A program made the translations under genes and the position numbers. A stretch of 64,000 nucleotides of DNA, taken from NCBI RefSeq assembly GCF_009914755.1, contig NC_060929.1. One strand, written 5' to 3'. Source of the DNA: the human T2T-CHM13v2.0 reference genome, Homo sapiens. Numbering within the stretch: the stretch's first letter is position 1; each line of letters opens with the position of its first letter. The notes below the pieces were generated by a model. That model was not told where the DNA came from and did not search any database. It saw only the letters and a list, made by a program, of their open reading frames with translations. Below, piece after piece: positions 53,234 through 64,000 of the stretch.

Positions 53234-53374
53234 AGCTGGATGACATAGAAAACAATGAAGAATTAATAAGAGAGTGAGTAATAACTGGGCCAAAGTCAGA
53301 AGGCAACAACCCAGAGAAGTAAGCCCAGCACCCAAAGCTATTTGCCCTGAAGGCATTTTAAAGCCCCTTTTTCA

Positions 53375-61250
<7,876 letters not shown>

Positions 61251-61356
61251 AATCTTTTTTTTTTTTTTTTCCTGATCCAGACGAAATAGTTGAGAAACTG
61301 TGTTGCTGGCCATCTCTCAGGAAGGAGACAGAGGCAAGGTCCAGGGCCTGCACAAT

Positions 61357-61400
61357 GTGTGTGTGTGTGTGTGTGTGTGTGAGTGTGTGTGTGTGTGTGT
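61357..61400 (+). repeat. (GT)n microsatellite
   Basis: Interrupted TG run. Confidence 0.95.
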
Positions 61401-62344
61401 AGGGAGAGGACCATCTAGTCACCTTTCTATACATCAAGCAGGGAGCCTGAATTGCTACACCCTCAAGTTAAAGATGAATCTCTTGTAGTGACCCAATCAA
61501 TGACTTCAAGAGAGAGACTGGAAAGTCTTATTAATGACAAATGGCATGTTCTTTTGAAACATACTTTTAGTTATTTTAATTCAATAAGGGAGAACTCTAT
61601 CTAAAGTTAACAGGGCCATCAAAAAGTTACAAAACAGTATTTTCATTCAATATAACCCTGTATGTTGAGGCGTCATGGTGCTTTTAGCTTGCAAAAAAGA
61701 AACAAAATGGATAAACTAAGCTCTAATTAAGAAAAGAGACACTGTATTTGGAGCCTCCAGTTTCGATGAGATTCTAACCATTCAGTAAATGCTTCAGTTT
61801 TTGTCATTCTCCCTATTACAGAGCAGAAGTATCTTAACACTTTCCTAACAGAAAAGGGCTGAATGGAAGCTTTGGTTACTAAGCTAACATCTGGAGAGGA
61901 GAAAAGAATGAGAATGGTTCCTTCATCTTTTTTTTTTTTTCCCAACTCAAAGATGAAAGATCATGGCAGAAACACTAAAACAGAACCTTTATTCTCCTAT
62001 GCCAGAAAAAATATTTGATTTGTGGTGAGACTTTCCACCAATTCCTTCCAATTCAGTATTTTCTCTATCTTATGTAGGAAAGCATTACAAACCAGTATTA
62101 AAAGCAAGATAAATACTTTAGGTATGATTTGGTCAGGTCTCAGCTAGGTACCGTGGATGGAATCTCAGATAACTCTGAGTCCTAGGACTTCATGTAGCCC
62201 ATTTCTTTGAATGCTTTTTCTTCCTTCATTAAAGCTTTTTGCTCCTTTTATGTGATTGGCAAAAGCAATAAGGGACAAGCAGGCTTTCTCCCTTTTCACT
62301 GACCAATTACGCAGTTATCAACATACGATTAAACATTTGTTTCC

Positions 62345-63795
<1,451 letters not shown>

Positions 63796-64000
63796 TTATA
63801 GATGAACACTGAGTTCACATTCATTAAAGCGGTCATTTCCTACATTACCTATTCAGCTATCGAGGTACCTTAAGTCTTTCCTTTAGGGGAATTTTCTACA
63901 TCCAATTTTACACAACTCTGTACTAACATAATTAAAGTCAGAAAGCATATACCATATGCTGCTAGATATCCTCTTAGAGACATTAGTAACTCCCATCAGT

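Overview
Primate (very probably human, 5q31.2) genomic DNA. It holds the complete + strand MYOT (myotilin) gene: non-coding exon 1 ends at 10379, and 9 coding exons from 13086 to 29821 splice to a 1497-nt, 498-aa ORF. About 1.6 kb downstream lie the CpG-island promoter and first 8 coding exons of PKD2L2 (31928-51372; the gene continues past the window). Introns are rich in Alu, L1, MIR/L2, MLT and Tigger/MER/MADE elements. Beyond the known genes I see two interleaved candidate fossil coding systems. (1) Sense-strand relic exons upstream of MYOT encode a palladin/myopalladin-type Ig2 domain, and the 5'UTR part of MYOT exon 2 is still an open in-frame ORF; together these look like the lost N-terminal half of a longer ancestral myotilin. 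(2) A chain of about 17 minus-strand exon-like units, most with recognisable splice sites and decayed reading frames, runs from the PKD2L2 promoter through MYOT to the window start. This is a candidate unitary pseudogene, tentatively Niban/FAM129-like by eye. Smaller oddities: a decayed duplicate of MYOT exon 8, a recursive-splice-type AG|GTGAGT at exon 7, a retrocopied 3'UTR fragment with TSDs, and a chimeric Alu. All homology calls are by eye or from memory; no searches were run, and repeat boundaries are approximate.
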